DNA of 64,000 nucleotides from Escherichia phage vB_EcoM_Alf5: sequence record KX377933; one strand, given 5' to 3'. Shown here one piece after another: positions 26,869 through 35,600 of this stretch. The notes under the pieces were generated by a model that did not search any database, was not told where the DNA came from, and saw only the letters and a list, made by a program, of their open reading frames with translations. Each line of letters starts with the position of its first letter. Positions within the stretch are counted from its first letter, which is position 1. Both the position numbers and the translations under genes were made by a program.

Positions 26869-26946
26869 GGGAGATTGACGGTAATTGGTAAACCTACCAT
26901 CCTTAGAAGTTGGTGTTTGAGGGTTCGAATCCCTTGTCTCCTACCA
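26869..26946 (+). tRNA. class-I tRNA, anticodon TAG (Leu by anticodon)
   Basis: acceptor gggagat/gtctcct, anticodon arm ccatc-cttagaa-gttgg, 5-nt variable loop, T-loop ttcgaat, A73, CCA. Confidence 0.45.
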
Positions 26947-26953
26947 AATTAAT

Positions 26954-27029
26954 GCAGGTGTAGCAAAATGGTTATGCGGCTGACTCTTAATCAGTAAGAC
27001 GACGGGTTCAATTCCCTCCACCTGTACCA
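26954..27029 (+). tRNA. tRNA, anticodon CTT (Lys)
   Basis: anticodon arm (g)ctga-ctcttaa-tcag(t), T-loop ttcaatt, CCA. Confidence 0.5.
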
Positions 27030-27034
27030 AAAAT

Positions 27035-27110
27035 GGGGTCATAGTTTATATGGTTAAAATTCGAGTTTTGCAAACTTGGGAACTGAGTTCAATTCTCAGT
27101 GACTCCACCA
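27035..27110 (+). tRNA. tRNA, anticodon TGC (Ala)
   Basis: acceptor ggggtca/tgactcc, anticodon arm cgagt-tttgcaa-acttg, T-arm ctgag-ttcaatt-ctcag, CCA. Confidence 0.6.
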
Positions 27111-27116
27111 ATTAGT

Positions 27117-27191
27117 GCATCCATAGTTTAAACGGGAAAATTACAGTCTTCCAAACTGAGGTTGAGGGTTCGATTCCCTCTGGATGCTCCA
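27117..27191 (+). tRNA. tRNA, anticodon TCC (Gly)
   Basis: perfect acceptor gcatcca/tggatgc, anticodon loop cttccaa, T-arm gaggg-ttcgatt-ccctc, CCA. Confidence 0.55.
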
Positions 27192-27197
27192 AATTAA

Positions 27198-27274
27198 TGC
27201 TCCTATCGTATAATCGGCTATTACGGTTGCCTTGTAAGCAACTTATCAGGGTTCGAATCCTTGTGGGAGCACCA
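27198..27274 (+). tRNA. tRNA, anticodon TGT (Thr)
   Basis: anticodon arm gttgc-cttgtaa-gcaac, T-loop ttcgaat, CCA. Confidence 0.6.
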
Positions 27275-27275
27275 A

Positions 27276-27368
27276 TTCAGAGGTCAAGTGAAAGACCGCT
27301 GGTGTCAACTGAAGACCGTAACAAATTCCACGGAGTTGAGTTAGCGGCACAACTTCAGACCTCTTTCA
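27276..27368 (+). ncRNA. structured non-tRNA spacer with paired repeat segments
   Basis: agaggtc/gacctct and ctgaag/cttcag complementarities; two GAAGACCG motifs. Confidence 0.3.
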
Positions 27369-27369
27369 C

Positions 27370-27444
27370 ACTCGCTTAGTTTATATGGTAAAACATCACC
27401 CTTACAAGATGAAGAAAAAGGTTCAAGTCCTTTAGTGAGTACCA
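27370..27444 (+). tRNA. tRNA, anticodon TAC (Val)
   Basis: D-stem gttt/aaac, anticodon arm tcacc-cttacaa-gatga (one mismatch), T-arm aaagg-ttcaagt-ccttt, CCA. Confidence 0.55.
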
Positions 27445-27445
27445 T

Positions 27446-27523
27446 GTTCCAGTATCCCAATTGGCAGAGGATGCAAGCTCAAACCTTGTATTAGTGACGG
27501 TTCGAATCCGTCTTGGAACACCA
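27446..27523 (+). tRNA. class-I tRNA, anticodon CAA (Leu by anticodon)
   Basis: acceptor gttccag/ttggaac, anticodon arm gcaag-ctcaaac-cttgt, short variable loop, T-arm gacgg-ttcgaat-ccgtc, A73, CCA. Confidence 0.5.
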
Positions 27524-27541
27524 ATTTAAAGAGGCTATTTA

Positions 27542-28099
27542 ATGAGATATTTGAAGTACGCTTCATGGATTTTCTTAGCTTTACTAGACCCAATTGCAGC
27601 AATCCTAGCAGTTATTTTAGCACCTTTCGTAGTTCCATTCTACAGTGAGAAGAAAGGACATCTACCTTTTGGATTCAGATGGATGGAGACATATGACAAC
27701 CCAATTGATGGTGATGAAGGTCACGTTAAAAGATGGGCTAAGATTAGAAAGATTGGTAAGCTGGGTGTCTACATGCAGAGAGTCGGATGGCTCTGGAGAA
27801 ACAAAGCTTATAACTTCTCTTACCATGTATTAGGAAGAGATGTAAAAGATGTTACTAAGTGGAAAGGTAATATCAACGTAAGTTCTGACCCCGAAGATAA
27901 TCAGACAGGTTATCTCCTAATGTGGAACAACAATGCTTGGGGATTATTCGCTTTTATTCCGTCAATTAAAGTCTTTGGTAAACAGTTTTACTGGAGAATT
28001 TATGTTGGATGGAAACTAAAAAGTGTTGTCCCAGAAGAAAGAGCATTCTCAAGGGAAAGAGTTATGTTGGCATTCTTTATTCATCCACTGAGAAAGTAA
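27542..28099 (+). CDS. hypothetical membrane protein inside tRNA island
   Basis: 185-aa ORF; N-terminal hydrophobic segment IFLALLDPIAAILAVILAPFVVPF; Trp-rich; AGAGG RBS. Confidence 0.5.
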   Translation: MRYLKYASWIFLALLDPIAAILAVILAPFVVPFYSEKKGHLPFGFRWMETYDNPIDGDEGHVKRWAKIRKIGKLGVYMQRVGWLWRNKAYNFSYHVLGRDVKDVTKWKGNINVSSDPEDNQTGYLLMWNNNAWGLFAFIPSIKVFGKQFYWRIYVGWKLKSVVPEERAFSRERVMLAFFIHPLRK

Positions 28100-28107
28100 A
28101 GATTTAA

Positions 28108-28183
28108 AGGGGATTAGTTTACAAGGTTAAAACCTCGGTCTTTGAAATCGAAGAAGTTGGTTCAATTCCAACATCCCCCGCCA
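28108..28183 (+). tRNA. tRNA, anticodon TTG (Gln)
   Basis: D-stem gttt/aaac, anticodon arm tcggt-ctttgaa-atcga, T-arm gttgg-ttcaatt-ccaac, CCA; 1:72 A-C mismatch. Confidence 0.55.
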
Positions 28184-28185
28184 AT

Positions 28186-28264
28186 GCTCCATTACTCCAA
28201 TTGGCAGAGAGGCCAGACTTAAAATCTGTGTTATGTATCGGTTCGAATCCGATATGGAGTACCA
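28186..28264 (+). tRNA. class-I tRNA, anticodon TAA (Leu by anticodon)
   Basis: acceptor gctccat/atggagt, anticodon arm (c)caga-cttaaaa-tctg, T-arm atcgg-ttcgaat-ccgat, A73, CCA. Confidence 0.45.
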
Positions 28265-28269
28265 ATTTT

Positions 28270-28345
28270 AGCGGTATAGCATAACTGGCAATGCAGCAGT
28301 CTCTGAAGCTGTCCTATTAAGGTTCAAATCCTTATGCCGCTGCCA
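28270..28345 (+). tRNA. tRNA, anticodon CTG (Gln)
   Basis: D-stem gcat/atgc, anticodon arm gcagt-ctctgaa-gctgt, T-arm taagg-ttcaaat-cctta, CCA. Confidence 0.55.
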
Positions 28346-28377
28346 CTTCTAAGGGTTCTTACGAGAATCCTTAAATG
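28346..28377 (+). promoter_or_regulatory. second copy of hairpin with loop GTTCTTACGAGAAT
   Basis: ctaagg-gttcttacgagaat-ccttaa directly after tRNA 3' end. Confidence 0.4.
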
Positions 28378-28452
28378 TGGCCTTATCATAAATGGTAATG
28401 ACCCATGCTGTGAACATGGTCTATACGGGTTCGACTCCCGTAGGTCACCCCA
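28377..28452 (+). tRNA. tRNA, anticodon GTG (His)
   Basis: anticodon arm ccatg-ctgtgaa-catgg, T-arm acggg-ttcgact-cccgt, C73, CCA. Confidence 0.6.
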
Positions 28453-28457
28453 ATTTA

Positions 28458-28534
28458 TAGTCCAAGTAGCTTATATGGTTAAAGCGCGTGTCTGAAAAAC
28501 ATGAGAAGAGGGTTCAAATCCCACTGGACTACCA
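28458..28534 (+). tRNA. tRNA, anticodon GAA (Phe)
   Basis: D-stem gctt/aagc, anticodon arm cgtgt-ctgaaaa-acatg, T-loop ttcaaat; acceptor register ambiguous by 2 nt. Confidence 0.5.
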
Positions 28535-28550
28535 ATTTCAAAGGTGCTTA

Positions 28551-29285
28551 ATGAAAGAGATGACAGAACAAGGTAAGGAGATTTTTAATCTCTTAAAAAC
28601 CGGTAAAGGGTTTTCTAACCCACTTATTACTGGTGCAGCAGTTCTCGGTGGAACCGTAGCTGCCTCTACATCACTTGTAAGCTCTATTAGCTCTGTAACA
28701 GACCCTACAATGAAGGAGAAGCTTGTTGCTGCTGGACTTACAACAGTCCTTCTAAACAGCTTTACAACAAGCCTGACAAGCACTACAGCAACTACTAAGA
28801 CCCTAACAGACTATGGTCAAAAGTCTATTGATGAGTTTTCATCACGTATGCAGGTAGCAAAGGGTTATTCCAATGTTATGGGTGCAGCAGGAGAACAAGT
28901 TGGTTGTACACCATTCAGTGGTATTATGGGTGTTGCTACAGAGTATGGTCAAAAAGCTATTGACATGATTAACAGCACACTAGACAGTGTTAACGGTGTG
29001 TTAAGTGACTTACAAGACGCTATTGATAAGGGTCTTGATACTGTTTCTGATTTAGCTAATCAGGCTGTTAGTAAGATTAATGAAGGTATCTCAAAGATTA
29101 CAGCTTATGCAGATGAAGTTGTGCAGATGATTGAAGAAGAAGCTGCCCTTATTACAGAGTACCTTAAAACTAATATCAATGGGTTCTTAGCAGGTATCTT
29201 ACCAGACTGGTTTGATGATGCTTGTAAAACTGGTGTGATTGATACTATTGCAACACCAGAAATGAAGAGCGCATTACAGAAATAA
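28551..29285 (+). CDS. hypothetical Ser/Thr-rich protein inside tRNA island
   Basis: ATG at 28551 after AAAGG RBS; track start 28488 lies inside the preceding tRNA. Confidence 0.5.
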   Translation: MKEMTEQGKEIFNLLKTGKGFSNPLITGAAVLGGTVAASTSLVSSISSVTDPTMKEKLVAAGLTTVLLNSFTTSLTSTTATTKTLTDYGQKSIDEFSSRMQVAKGYSNVMGAAGEQVGCTPFSGIMGVATEYGQKAIDMINSTLDSVNGVLSDLQDAIDKGLDTVSDLANQAVSKINEGISKITAYADEVVQMIEEEAALITEYLKTNINGFLAGILPDWFDDACKTGVIDTIATPEMKSALQK

Positions 29286-29286
29286 C

Positions 29287-29379
29287 GGAAGATTAACCCT
29301 AAAAGGTAAGGGAGCAGTTTGCTAAACTGCCAGTAGCTGAGAAATCGGTGTACCAGTTCAAGTCTGGTATCTTCCTCCA
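29287..29379 (+). tRNA. tRNA, anticodon GCT (Ser), long variable arm
   Basis: perfect acceptor ggaagat/atcttcc, anticodon arm gcagt-ttgctaa-actgc, ~21-nt variable arm, T-arm accag-ttcaagt-ctggt, CCA. Confidence 0.6.
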
Positions 29380-29383
29380 ATTT

Positions 29384-29459
29384 GAATCCGTGACAGAAAT
29401 GGATATGTGCCTGTCTGCAAAACAGGTTTATAAGGGTTCAAGTCCCTTCGGATTCTCCA
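29384..29459 (+). tRNA. tRNA, anticodon GCA (Cys)
   Basis: perfect acceptor gaatccg/cggattc, anticodon arm cctgt-ctgcaaa-acagg, T-arm aaggg-ttcaagt-ccctt, CCA. Confidence 0.6.
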
Positions 29460-29496
29460 AGTTATTTTACTCTCTCTCAATTAAAATAATAATAAT

Positions 29497-29557
29497 GCCC
29501 TGCTATAAGTATTCTTCCTTTCGCTACCGAAGAGTATTTTTAGACAGGGCTTTTTTA
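29497..29557 (+). terminator. terminator closing tRNA island
   Basis: GCCCTG...CAGGGC stem followed by TTTTTT. Confidence 0.45.
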
Positions 29558-29622
29558 CAGAGTCATACTTTATAGGAAGACTTATACAGTATGTCTCTGA
29601 CGTACATTGTGGTTTCTCCTTG

Positions 29623-29646
29623 ACGGTCTCTGTGCCGTCTTTTTTA
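29623..29646 (+). terminator. Rho-independent terminator
   Basis: GACGG-tctctgtg-CCGTC hairpin followed by TTTTTT. Confidence 0.5.
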
Positions 29647-29681
29647 AGGGGAAACATGGTTAATTATTTGGAGAAAACATA

Positions 29682-29882
29682 ATGAGTGAGACCGTTTATA
29701 AAGAACTTTATGAAGCTAACAAGAAGTTAGAGTTTATGCAGAATACTATCATGGCAATTGCAGACAGACTATCTGTAGCAACAGGTATTGATATTAAAGA
29801 AGCATCTATGGATGCACTTCTTGATGCTGTTGATGCAAAGTTCGAAGTTAAGAAAGAAGAGACTGCTACAGACTCTGAATAA
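29682..29882 (+). CDS. small hypothetical protein upstream of terminase
   Basis: 66-aa ORF with GGAG RBS; too small to call small terminase confidently. Confidence 0.35.
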   Translation: MSETVYKELYEANKKLEFMQNTIMAIADRLSVATGIDIKEASMDALLDAVDAKFEVKKEETATDSE

Positions 29883-29903
29883 TTCTATTTGCGGAGGCGC
29901 TTA

Positions 29904-31505
29904 ATGGACTTAAATGCTGTTAAGCAGAAGCGAGTGGAAGATGTTAGGAAAGTCCTAGCTGGAGAGTTGGGGCTTTCTGATGAAGTAAAAGAAATTATTA
30001 AATCATTCGGTAAAGACCCCTCTAAATTCCTTCCAACTCAAATTCTGACTTTATTAAGATACACACCAGACCAAGTTCGCCTCATCTTTAAATTGATGAC
30101 TGATAAGAACTATGTAGCACCTCAACCGGGTTCTCAAGAGGTCTTTTTAAATACTAATGCTGACTTGGTTCTCTATGGTGGTGCTGCTGGTGCTGGTAAA
30201 ACTGCCGCATTGTTAATGGACTCTTTAAGATTTATTGAAGACCCTAACTATAATGCTGTATATTTCCGTCGAAATACAACACAGTTACAAGGTGGTTTAT
30301 GGCCTGCTGCAAAGAAACTATTTGGTAAGTTTGGTGGGATTCCTCACGAGCAGAAAATGACTATCACATTCCCTTCTGGGGCGACTATCAAGTTTACCTA
30401 TCTAGAACTTGAAAAGCACGCTGAAGGTCATCAGGGTATTGAATACTCAGCTATTTACTTTGACGAAGGTACACACTTCTCTGCTTCACAGATTTCATAC
30501 CTACAAACTCGTCTACGTTCTGGTGCTGAAGGTGATTCATACATGAAGATTTCCATGAACCCAGATAGAGACCACTTTATTTACGATTGGGTAGAACCAT
30601 TCTTAGATGAAGAAGGTTACCCAGACCCTGAAAAGTGTGGTCGTATTCGTTGGTATGTAATGAATGATGGTGTGATGGTTTCTGATTGGGAGAGAGACAA
30701 GATTCTTGAAATGTTCCCTCTTGAGATTCCTCAAACATACACCTTCATCTCTGGTACGATTGATGATAACCCAATTCTTGACTTCTTAGAGCCAAAGTAT
30801 CGCGGTAAGCTTGAAAACAACACTCCTGTAAACGTTGCAAGACTTCGTTTCGGTAACTGGAAGGCTCGTGCAGAAGGTTCAAACTATTGGCAAAGACAAT
30901 GGTGTGAGATTGTTGATTCACTCCCAGAAGATGTATTTGATGTTAGAGCATGGGACTTAGCAGCAACTTTACCATCTGAGGTTAACCCTAATCCAGACTG
31001 GACAGCAGGTGTTAAGATGGGTAAATCTAAAAAAGACGGTTGCTATTATATCATTGATGTAGTAAGATTTAGAGATAGACCCTCTGGAGTCGAAACACAA
31101 ATTAATTTGACTGCTGAAAGTGACGGTAAGCGAACTGGTATTTTTATCCCTCAAGACCCAGGCGCTGCTGGTAAATCCTACGCAACATCCCTCATCAGGA
31201 AACTTGCCGAGAAAGGCTATCGTGCAAGAGCTAAACCAACAAATAAAGATAAAGTTACCCGCTTTGCGGGATTTTCTGCTGCTTCTGAAGCTGGACTTGT
31301 AAAAGTCTTGAGAGGTAGTTGGAATGAAGCTTACTTTCAAGAGCTTGAAGGCTTTTGTGGTGATGGCAAAACTAAAGATGACCAAGTGGATGCTACCAGT
31401 GATGCTTTCAACAGTCTTAACGAAGTTAAATTATTCAAGCCACCATCAATGGGTGCTCACACAGACTTAGTGAGAGGAAATCCATATGAGGGGCTTAGAC
31501 GTTGA
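29904..31505 (+). CDS. terminase large subunit
   Basis: Walker A LYGGAAGAGKT; ATG at 29904 after GGAGG RBS (track start 29889 is a TTG). Confidence 0.85.
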   Translation: MDLNAVKQKRVEDVRKVLAGELGLSDEVKEIIKSFGKDPSKFLPTQILTLLRYTPDQVRLIFKLMTDKNYVAPQPGSQEVFLNTNADLVLYGGAAGAGKTAALLMDSLRFIEDPNYNAVYFRRNTTQLQGGLWPAAKKLFGKFGGIPHEQKMTITFPSGATIKFTYLELEKHAEGHQGIEYSAIYFDEGTHFSASQISYLQTRLRSGAEGDSYMKISMNPDRDHFIYDWVEPFLDEEGYPDPEKCGRIRWYVMNDGVMVSDWERDKILEMFPLEIPQTYTFISGTIDDNPILDFLEPKYRGKLENNTPVNVARLRFGNWKARAEGSNYWQRQWCEIVDSLPEDVFDVRAWDLAATLPSEVNPNPDWTAGVKMGKSKKDGCYYIIDVVRFRDRPSGVETQINLTAESDGKRTGIFIPQDPGAAGKSYATSLIRKLAEKGYRARAKPTNKDKVTRFAGFSAASEAGLVKVLRGSWNEAYFQELEGFCGDGKTKDDQVDATSDAFNSLNEVKLFKPPSMGAHTDLVRGNPYEGLRR

Positions 31506-31512
31506 TAGCTAG

Positions 31513-32988
31513 GTGAGAAGAATGGCAGATATTACAGAAACACAAGAAAGCTTACCACCATTTAGAATGGGTGAAGTAGGTTCTTTGGGTCTGAAGGTTA
31601 AGAATGGAAGAATCTATGAAGAACCTCGTCAGGCACTAAGGTTCCCTGAAAGTATTAAAACTTTCCAATTAATGATGCGTGACCCTGCTGTAGCAGCATC
31701 TGTAAATATTATTAAGATGTTTGTCAGAAAAGTCAACTGGAGATTCGTACCTCCAAAGGGAAAAGAGCAAGACCCTAAAATGCTTGAAAGAGCAGACTTC
31801 TTTAATTCTTTAATGGATGACATGGAGCATGATTGGGCAGATTTTATTAATTCTGTAATGTCATTCTGCACTTATGGGTTCTGTGTTAACGAGAAAGTTT
31901 ATAAGAAGCGACAGGGTAAAAAAGGAAAGTACCAGTCAAAATTTGATGATGGTCTAATTGGATGGGCTAAATTACCAATCAGAAACCAATCAACACTTGA
32001 TAAGTGGTATTTTGATGAAGACTTTAGAAAAGTTACTGGTGTCAGACAAAATCTGAGAAATGTTTCACATATTGCTGGAGCAATTAATCTTGGAGAGAGA
32101 CCATTAACAAGAAAACTTCCACGAGCTAAATTCATGCTGTTTAAGTATGATGATGAATATGGAAACCCAGAAGGTCGTTCACCATTACTTAATGCTTATG
32201 TACCGTGGAAATATAAAGTACAAATTGAAGAGTATGAAGCTGTTGGTGTTTCAAGAGACTTGGTAGGTATGCCAAAGATTGGTTTACCACCTGACTATCT
32301 GGATGAAAATGCAGAACCTGAAAAGAAAGCTTTCGTACAATACTGCAAAACTGTTGTTAACGATATGATTGCTAATGACAGAGCAGGTTTAATCTGGCCT
32401 AGATATATCGACCCAGATACTAAAGAGGATATTTTTGAGTTCTCATTAGTTTCTAGACAGGGTGCTAAAGCATATGACACAGGTTCTATTATTGACAGAT
32501 ACTCCAAGCAGATTATGATGGCATTCATGTCAGATATTCTTGCTATGGGTCAGTCAAAATACGGTTCATTCTCTCTTGCAGATTCTAAGACAAGCTTATT
32601 GGCGATGTCAGTAGATATCCTGCTGAAGCAAATTAAGAACGTAATTAACCGTGATTTAGTTGCACAGACTTATGCTCTTAATATGTGGGACGATGAAGAA
32701 CATGTGCAAATCACATATGATGATATCGAAACTCCAGACCTTGAAGCAATTGGTTCTTATATTCAAAAGACTGTTGCAGTAGGTGCTTTGGAAGTTGACA
32801 AAGAGCTATCTAACAAGCTTAGAGAGCATATTGGTCTTCCTCCTGCTGATGAGTCTCAACCAGTATCTGAAAAGCTTTCTCCAAATAGCCAAAGCCGCTC
32901 AGGAGATGGTTATAAGACCGCTGGAGAAGGTACTGCAAAGACACCTTCAGCGAAAGACCCAAGCACAGCAAATAAGGCAAATAAATAA
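31513..32988 (+). CDS. portal protein
   Basis: 491-aa ORF immediately downstream of terminase; assigned by position and size. Confidence 0.65.
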   Translation: MRRMADITETQESLPPFRMGEVGSLGLKVKNGRIYEEPRQALRFPESIKTFQLMMRDPAVAASVNIIKMFVRKVNWRFVPPKGKEQDPKMLERADFFNSLMDDMEHDWADFINSVMSFCTYGFCVNEKVYKKRQGKKGKYQSKFDDGLIGWAKLPIRNQSTLDKWYFDEDFRKVTGVRQNLRNVSHIAGAINLGERPLTRKLPRAKFMLFKYDDEYGNPEGRSPLLNAYVPWKYKVQIEEYEAVGVSRDLVGMPKIGLPPDYLDENAEPEKKAFVQYCKTVVNDMIANDRAGLIWPRYIDPDTKEDIFEFSLVSRQGAKAYDTGSIIDRYSKQIMMAFMSDILAMGQSKYGSFSLADSKTSLLAMSVDILLKQIKNVINRDLVAQTYALNMWDDEEHVQITYDDIETPDLEAIGSYIQKTVAVGALEVDKELSNKLREHIGLPPADESQPVSEKLSPNSQSRSGDGYKTAGEGTAKTPSAKDPSTANKANK

Positions 32989-33488
32989 TGGCTGAAGTTA
33001 TCTCTATTTCAAATGCTACACGAGTGCATTCGTATAGAGGTGTTCTTATTATCACTGACAAATTATCTGTAGAGGCTGGCTCAAGGGTCAGCCTTTCAGG
33101 TTATGTAAGTGATGGTGGAGCCTCTGACGTTTTCACTATTTGCAGGTTACTTGATGCTCCAATGAGTGGAAAACCGTTTATTTCAGGAAATTGTAGTGAA
33201 ATTGTTAAAATTCCATTTGACAGTTCATGCCTTTTGGGTGTAAAGTTATATAACTGCGAGAATAAACGTATCAATGTTAATAGCATTGAAGCCGCTTTCA
33301 TTACCCTCGACACTGCATTTCAATCTCCAATGACAGTTAATAAAGAAACAAACAGACTTGAGTACATTTTTTCACAAAATGATTACAAAGTACTTGTCAA
33401 AGGTAAAGTATATGATATGATTGTAAATGTGGTAGATGAATCTGGTAACCATTCAACAGTCCTTAAACAAAAAGTAAGGTTTAATTAA
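32988..33488 (+). CDS. hypothetical head-module protein
   Basis: 166-aa ORF coupled to portal stop. Confidence 0.4.
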   Translation: MAEVISISNATRVHSYRGVLIITDKLSVEAGSRVSLSGYVSDGGASDVFTICRLLDAPMSGKPFISGNCSEIVKIPFDSSCLLGVKLYNCENKRINVNSIEAAFITLDTAFQSPMTVNKETNRLEYIFSQNDYKVLVKGKVYDMIVNVVDESGNHSTVLKQKVRFN

Positions 33489-33820
33489 TGGGAACATTAA
33501 CTATTGATGGTAAGAATAAAATCCTCGCCACGCTAACCCCAACGACTATTATTTTACACAATGTAGACCCAACGGCAGACCCTACAGCAAATAAGGTTAC
33601 TCAGCCAGTGGCTATTTATTTTTCTGAACCGGATAATGGCTTAATTGCCTCAGAAGACACAGTTAATATTACTGTTCCAGCTTCTGCAACGGTCTCACAC
33701 TATAGCTTGTGGGATGCTAACGATAAATGCGTGGCAACTGGTGCTCTTAGCAAACCTCAATTCTTTGCTGAAGAAGGTATCTATGTTATCTCTTCAGTCT
33801 CTGTAGATTTAAACAAATAG
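33488..33820 (+). CDS. hypothetical head-module protein
   Basis: 110-aa ORF. Confidence 0.4.
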   Translation: MGTLTIDGKNKILATLTPTTIILHNVDPTADPTANKVTQPVAIYFSEPDNGLIASEDTVNITVPASATVSHYSLWDANDKCVATGALSKPQFFAEEGIYVISSVSVDLNK

Positions 33821-33831
33821 GGTGAGTAAAA

Positions 33832-35178
33832 ATGAGTTCGAATATCTTCAGACTTGCTGATAGATTATTCAACCAACCTTTACTAGCCACTGAATCATTA
33901 GCTCACTCAGCAGCAACTTATGTAAATAACAGATTGCTGGGTGATGTCCAAGCAGCAGTAAACTTTGATAAACCCAAAGGTGAAGCAAGAAGTCTTTTAA
34001 AAGTGAAAGATGACATTGCTATTATCCCTATTATGGGCGGTTTAACCCATCGTATGACATTCATTGATGCAATGTGTACAGGTGGATTAAGCTCTTATGA
34101 AGGTTTGCGTAGAGGCTTTGACGAAGCTTTAGCAGATGAGTCAATCAAGACTATTGTTCTGCACATTGATTCTGGTGGCGGTGAAGCTTCAGGTTGCTTT
34201 GAATTAGCACGTCACATTATGGCTTCAAGAGGCCAAAAGAAAATTATTGCTTATGTGGATGAGTTCGCTTGTTCCGCTGCATACGCTCTTGCATCTTCTG
34301 CTGAAGAAATTATTGCATCACCAGATGCAGATGTTGGTTCTATTGGTGTAATTATGGTTCATCAGGAATTAACTAAAGCATTTGAAAAGAATGGCGTAAC
34401 AATTAACGTCATCAAGGCTGGTGAGTTTAAAGGTATGGGTTCACCATTCCAAGCACTTTCAGAAGAAAGCAAAGAAAGACTTCAAAAGAGAATTAATGAT
34501 ACCTACGCAACCTTTACAGGTTTTGTAGCTGAATCTCGTAATCTCTCTGAAGAAGCTGTAAAGAATACTGAGGCGAATGTTTATTCTGCTCAGGAAGCTC
34601 TTGAACTTGGTTTAATTAACTCAATCATGTCTCAAGATGATTTCTTAAATTACTTACAAGGTTCTGAAGAGGCTCCTGTAAGTTTAAACGTTAACAATTC
34701 AGGTGAAGAAATGACTGAACAAGAAAAGCAAGAACTAGAAGCTTTGCGTCTTCAGGTTGCTCAAATGAAAGCTAAAGAACAGGAAGCTGCTTTGTCAGAT
34801 TTGACTAATAAGATTTCTGCTTCTGCTGAAGCTTTTGGATTTGATGCAAAAGAAGCTGCAACGACTATTTTAGGTGCTGGTCTTGATAACCCTCTGAGTG
34901 TTCTGTTTATGAATGCTATGGAAGGTGCTAACCAGAAACTTAATGAAACTATCGCGTCCCATGCTTCTGCAATGGAAGAAAAAGAATCAGAAATCACCAA
35001 GCTGAAAGAAACCGCTGGTGCTGTTCTTGAACATTCCAACGCTATGGAAGAAGTGGGTAATGACGGCGAAGCTGATTTGGTTGAAGAAGAAAAAGAACCA
35101 GCTAAGAATGCTTCCGAAGACACCGCTGAACAACGCAAACTGGCTCTCCAGAATGCTCTAAAATCTCTTATCAAATAA
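33832..35178 (+). CDS. prohead protease (S49/ClpP-like) fused to acidic coiled-coil scaffold-like C-terminus
   Basis: LHIDSGGGEASG and SAAYALASSAEE resemble S49 peptidase core; C-terminal 150 aa E/K/A-rich. Confidence 0.65.
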   Translation: MSSNIFRLADRLFNQPLLATESLAHSAATYVNNRLLGDVQAAVNFDKPKGEARSLLKVKDDIAIIPIMGGLTHRMTFIDAMCTGGLSSYEGLRRGFDEALADESIKTIVLHIDSGGGEASGCFELARHIMASRGQKKIIAYVDEFACSAAYALASSAEEIIASPDADVGSIGVIMVHQELTKAFEKNGVTINVIKAGEFKGMGSPFQALSEESKERLQKRINDTYATFTGFVAESRNLSEEAVKNTEANVYSAQEALELGLINSIMSQDDFLNYLQGSEEAPVSLNVNNSGEEMTEQEKQELEALRLQVAQMKAKEQEAALSDLTNKISASAEAFGFDAKEAATTILGAGLDNPLSVLFMNAMEGANQKLNETIASHASAMEEKESEITKLKETAGAVLEHSNAMEEVGNDGEADLVEEEKEPAKNASEDTAEQRKLALQNALKSLIK

Positions 35179-35189
35179 GGAACACAATA

Positions 35190-35567
35190 ATGGCATATCA
35201 AGGTTTTACTAAGTTAGGTAACAGAGAACCTCTGAATGATATCATTCTTTGGGAACAGATTACCCCAACAGGCCACTCTCGTAAAGAGTACACTCCGGTT
35301 GCTTCAACAGAATACCGTGTAGGTGAAGTTCTGAAAGCAGACGGTACTAAGGTACAAGCTGGAGAAGAAGCCCAAGCAGACTCTGTATGTATCGTTAATT
35401 TCTACGCAGACCTGCAATTGTCTTATCATGGTCAGTTGAAAGTGGTAGGTATCCACCGTGATGCAGAACTAAAAGACCTGCTGACTCTTGAATCAAGCGT
35501 TAATGCTGCTGAAGTCAAGAAAGCTCTGGCTGCTAAAGGTATTGATTTCGTACCAACTGGCCTGTAA
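35190..35567 (+). CDS. hypothetical protein between protease and capsid
   Basis: 125-aa ORF. Confidence 0.4.
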   Translation: MAYQGFTKLGNREPLNDIILWEQITPTGHSRKEYTPVASTEYRVGEVLKADGTKVQAGEEAQADSVCIVNFYADLQLSYHGQLKVVGIHRDAELKDLLTLESSVNAAEVKKALAAKGIDFVPTGL

Positions 35568-35600
35568 TAACAATAATAAGACATTCTGGAGAATTTTACA

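Noticed and set aside
27197-27379. Plus-strand ORF of 60 aa
   Set aside because: It starts inside a tRNA and runs through a structured spacer with no RBS.
29105-29575. ORFs 29105-29380 (minus) and 29348-29575 (plus)
   Set aside because: They overlap the Ser and Cys tRNA genes and the terminator region.
29889-29903. ORF-track start of the terminase at 29889
   Set aside because: That codon is TTG and overlaps the GGAGG Shine-Dalgarno; ATG at 29904 is the better start.
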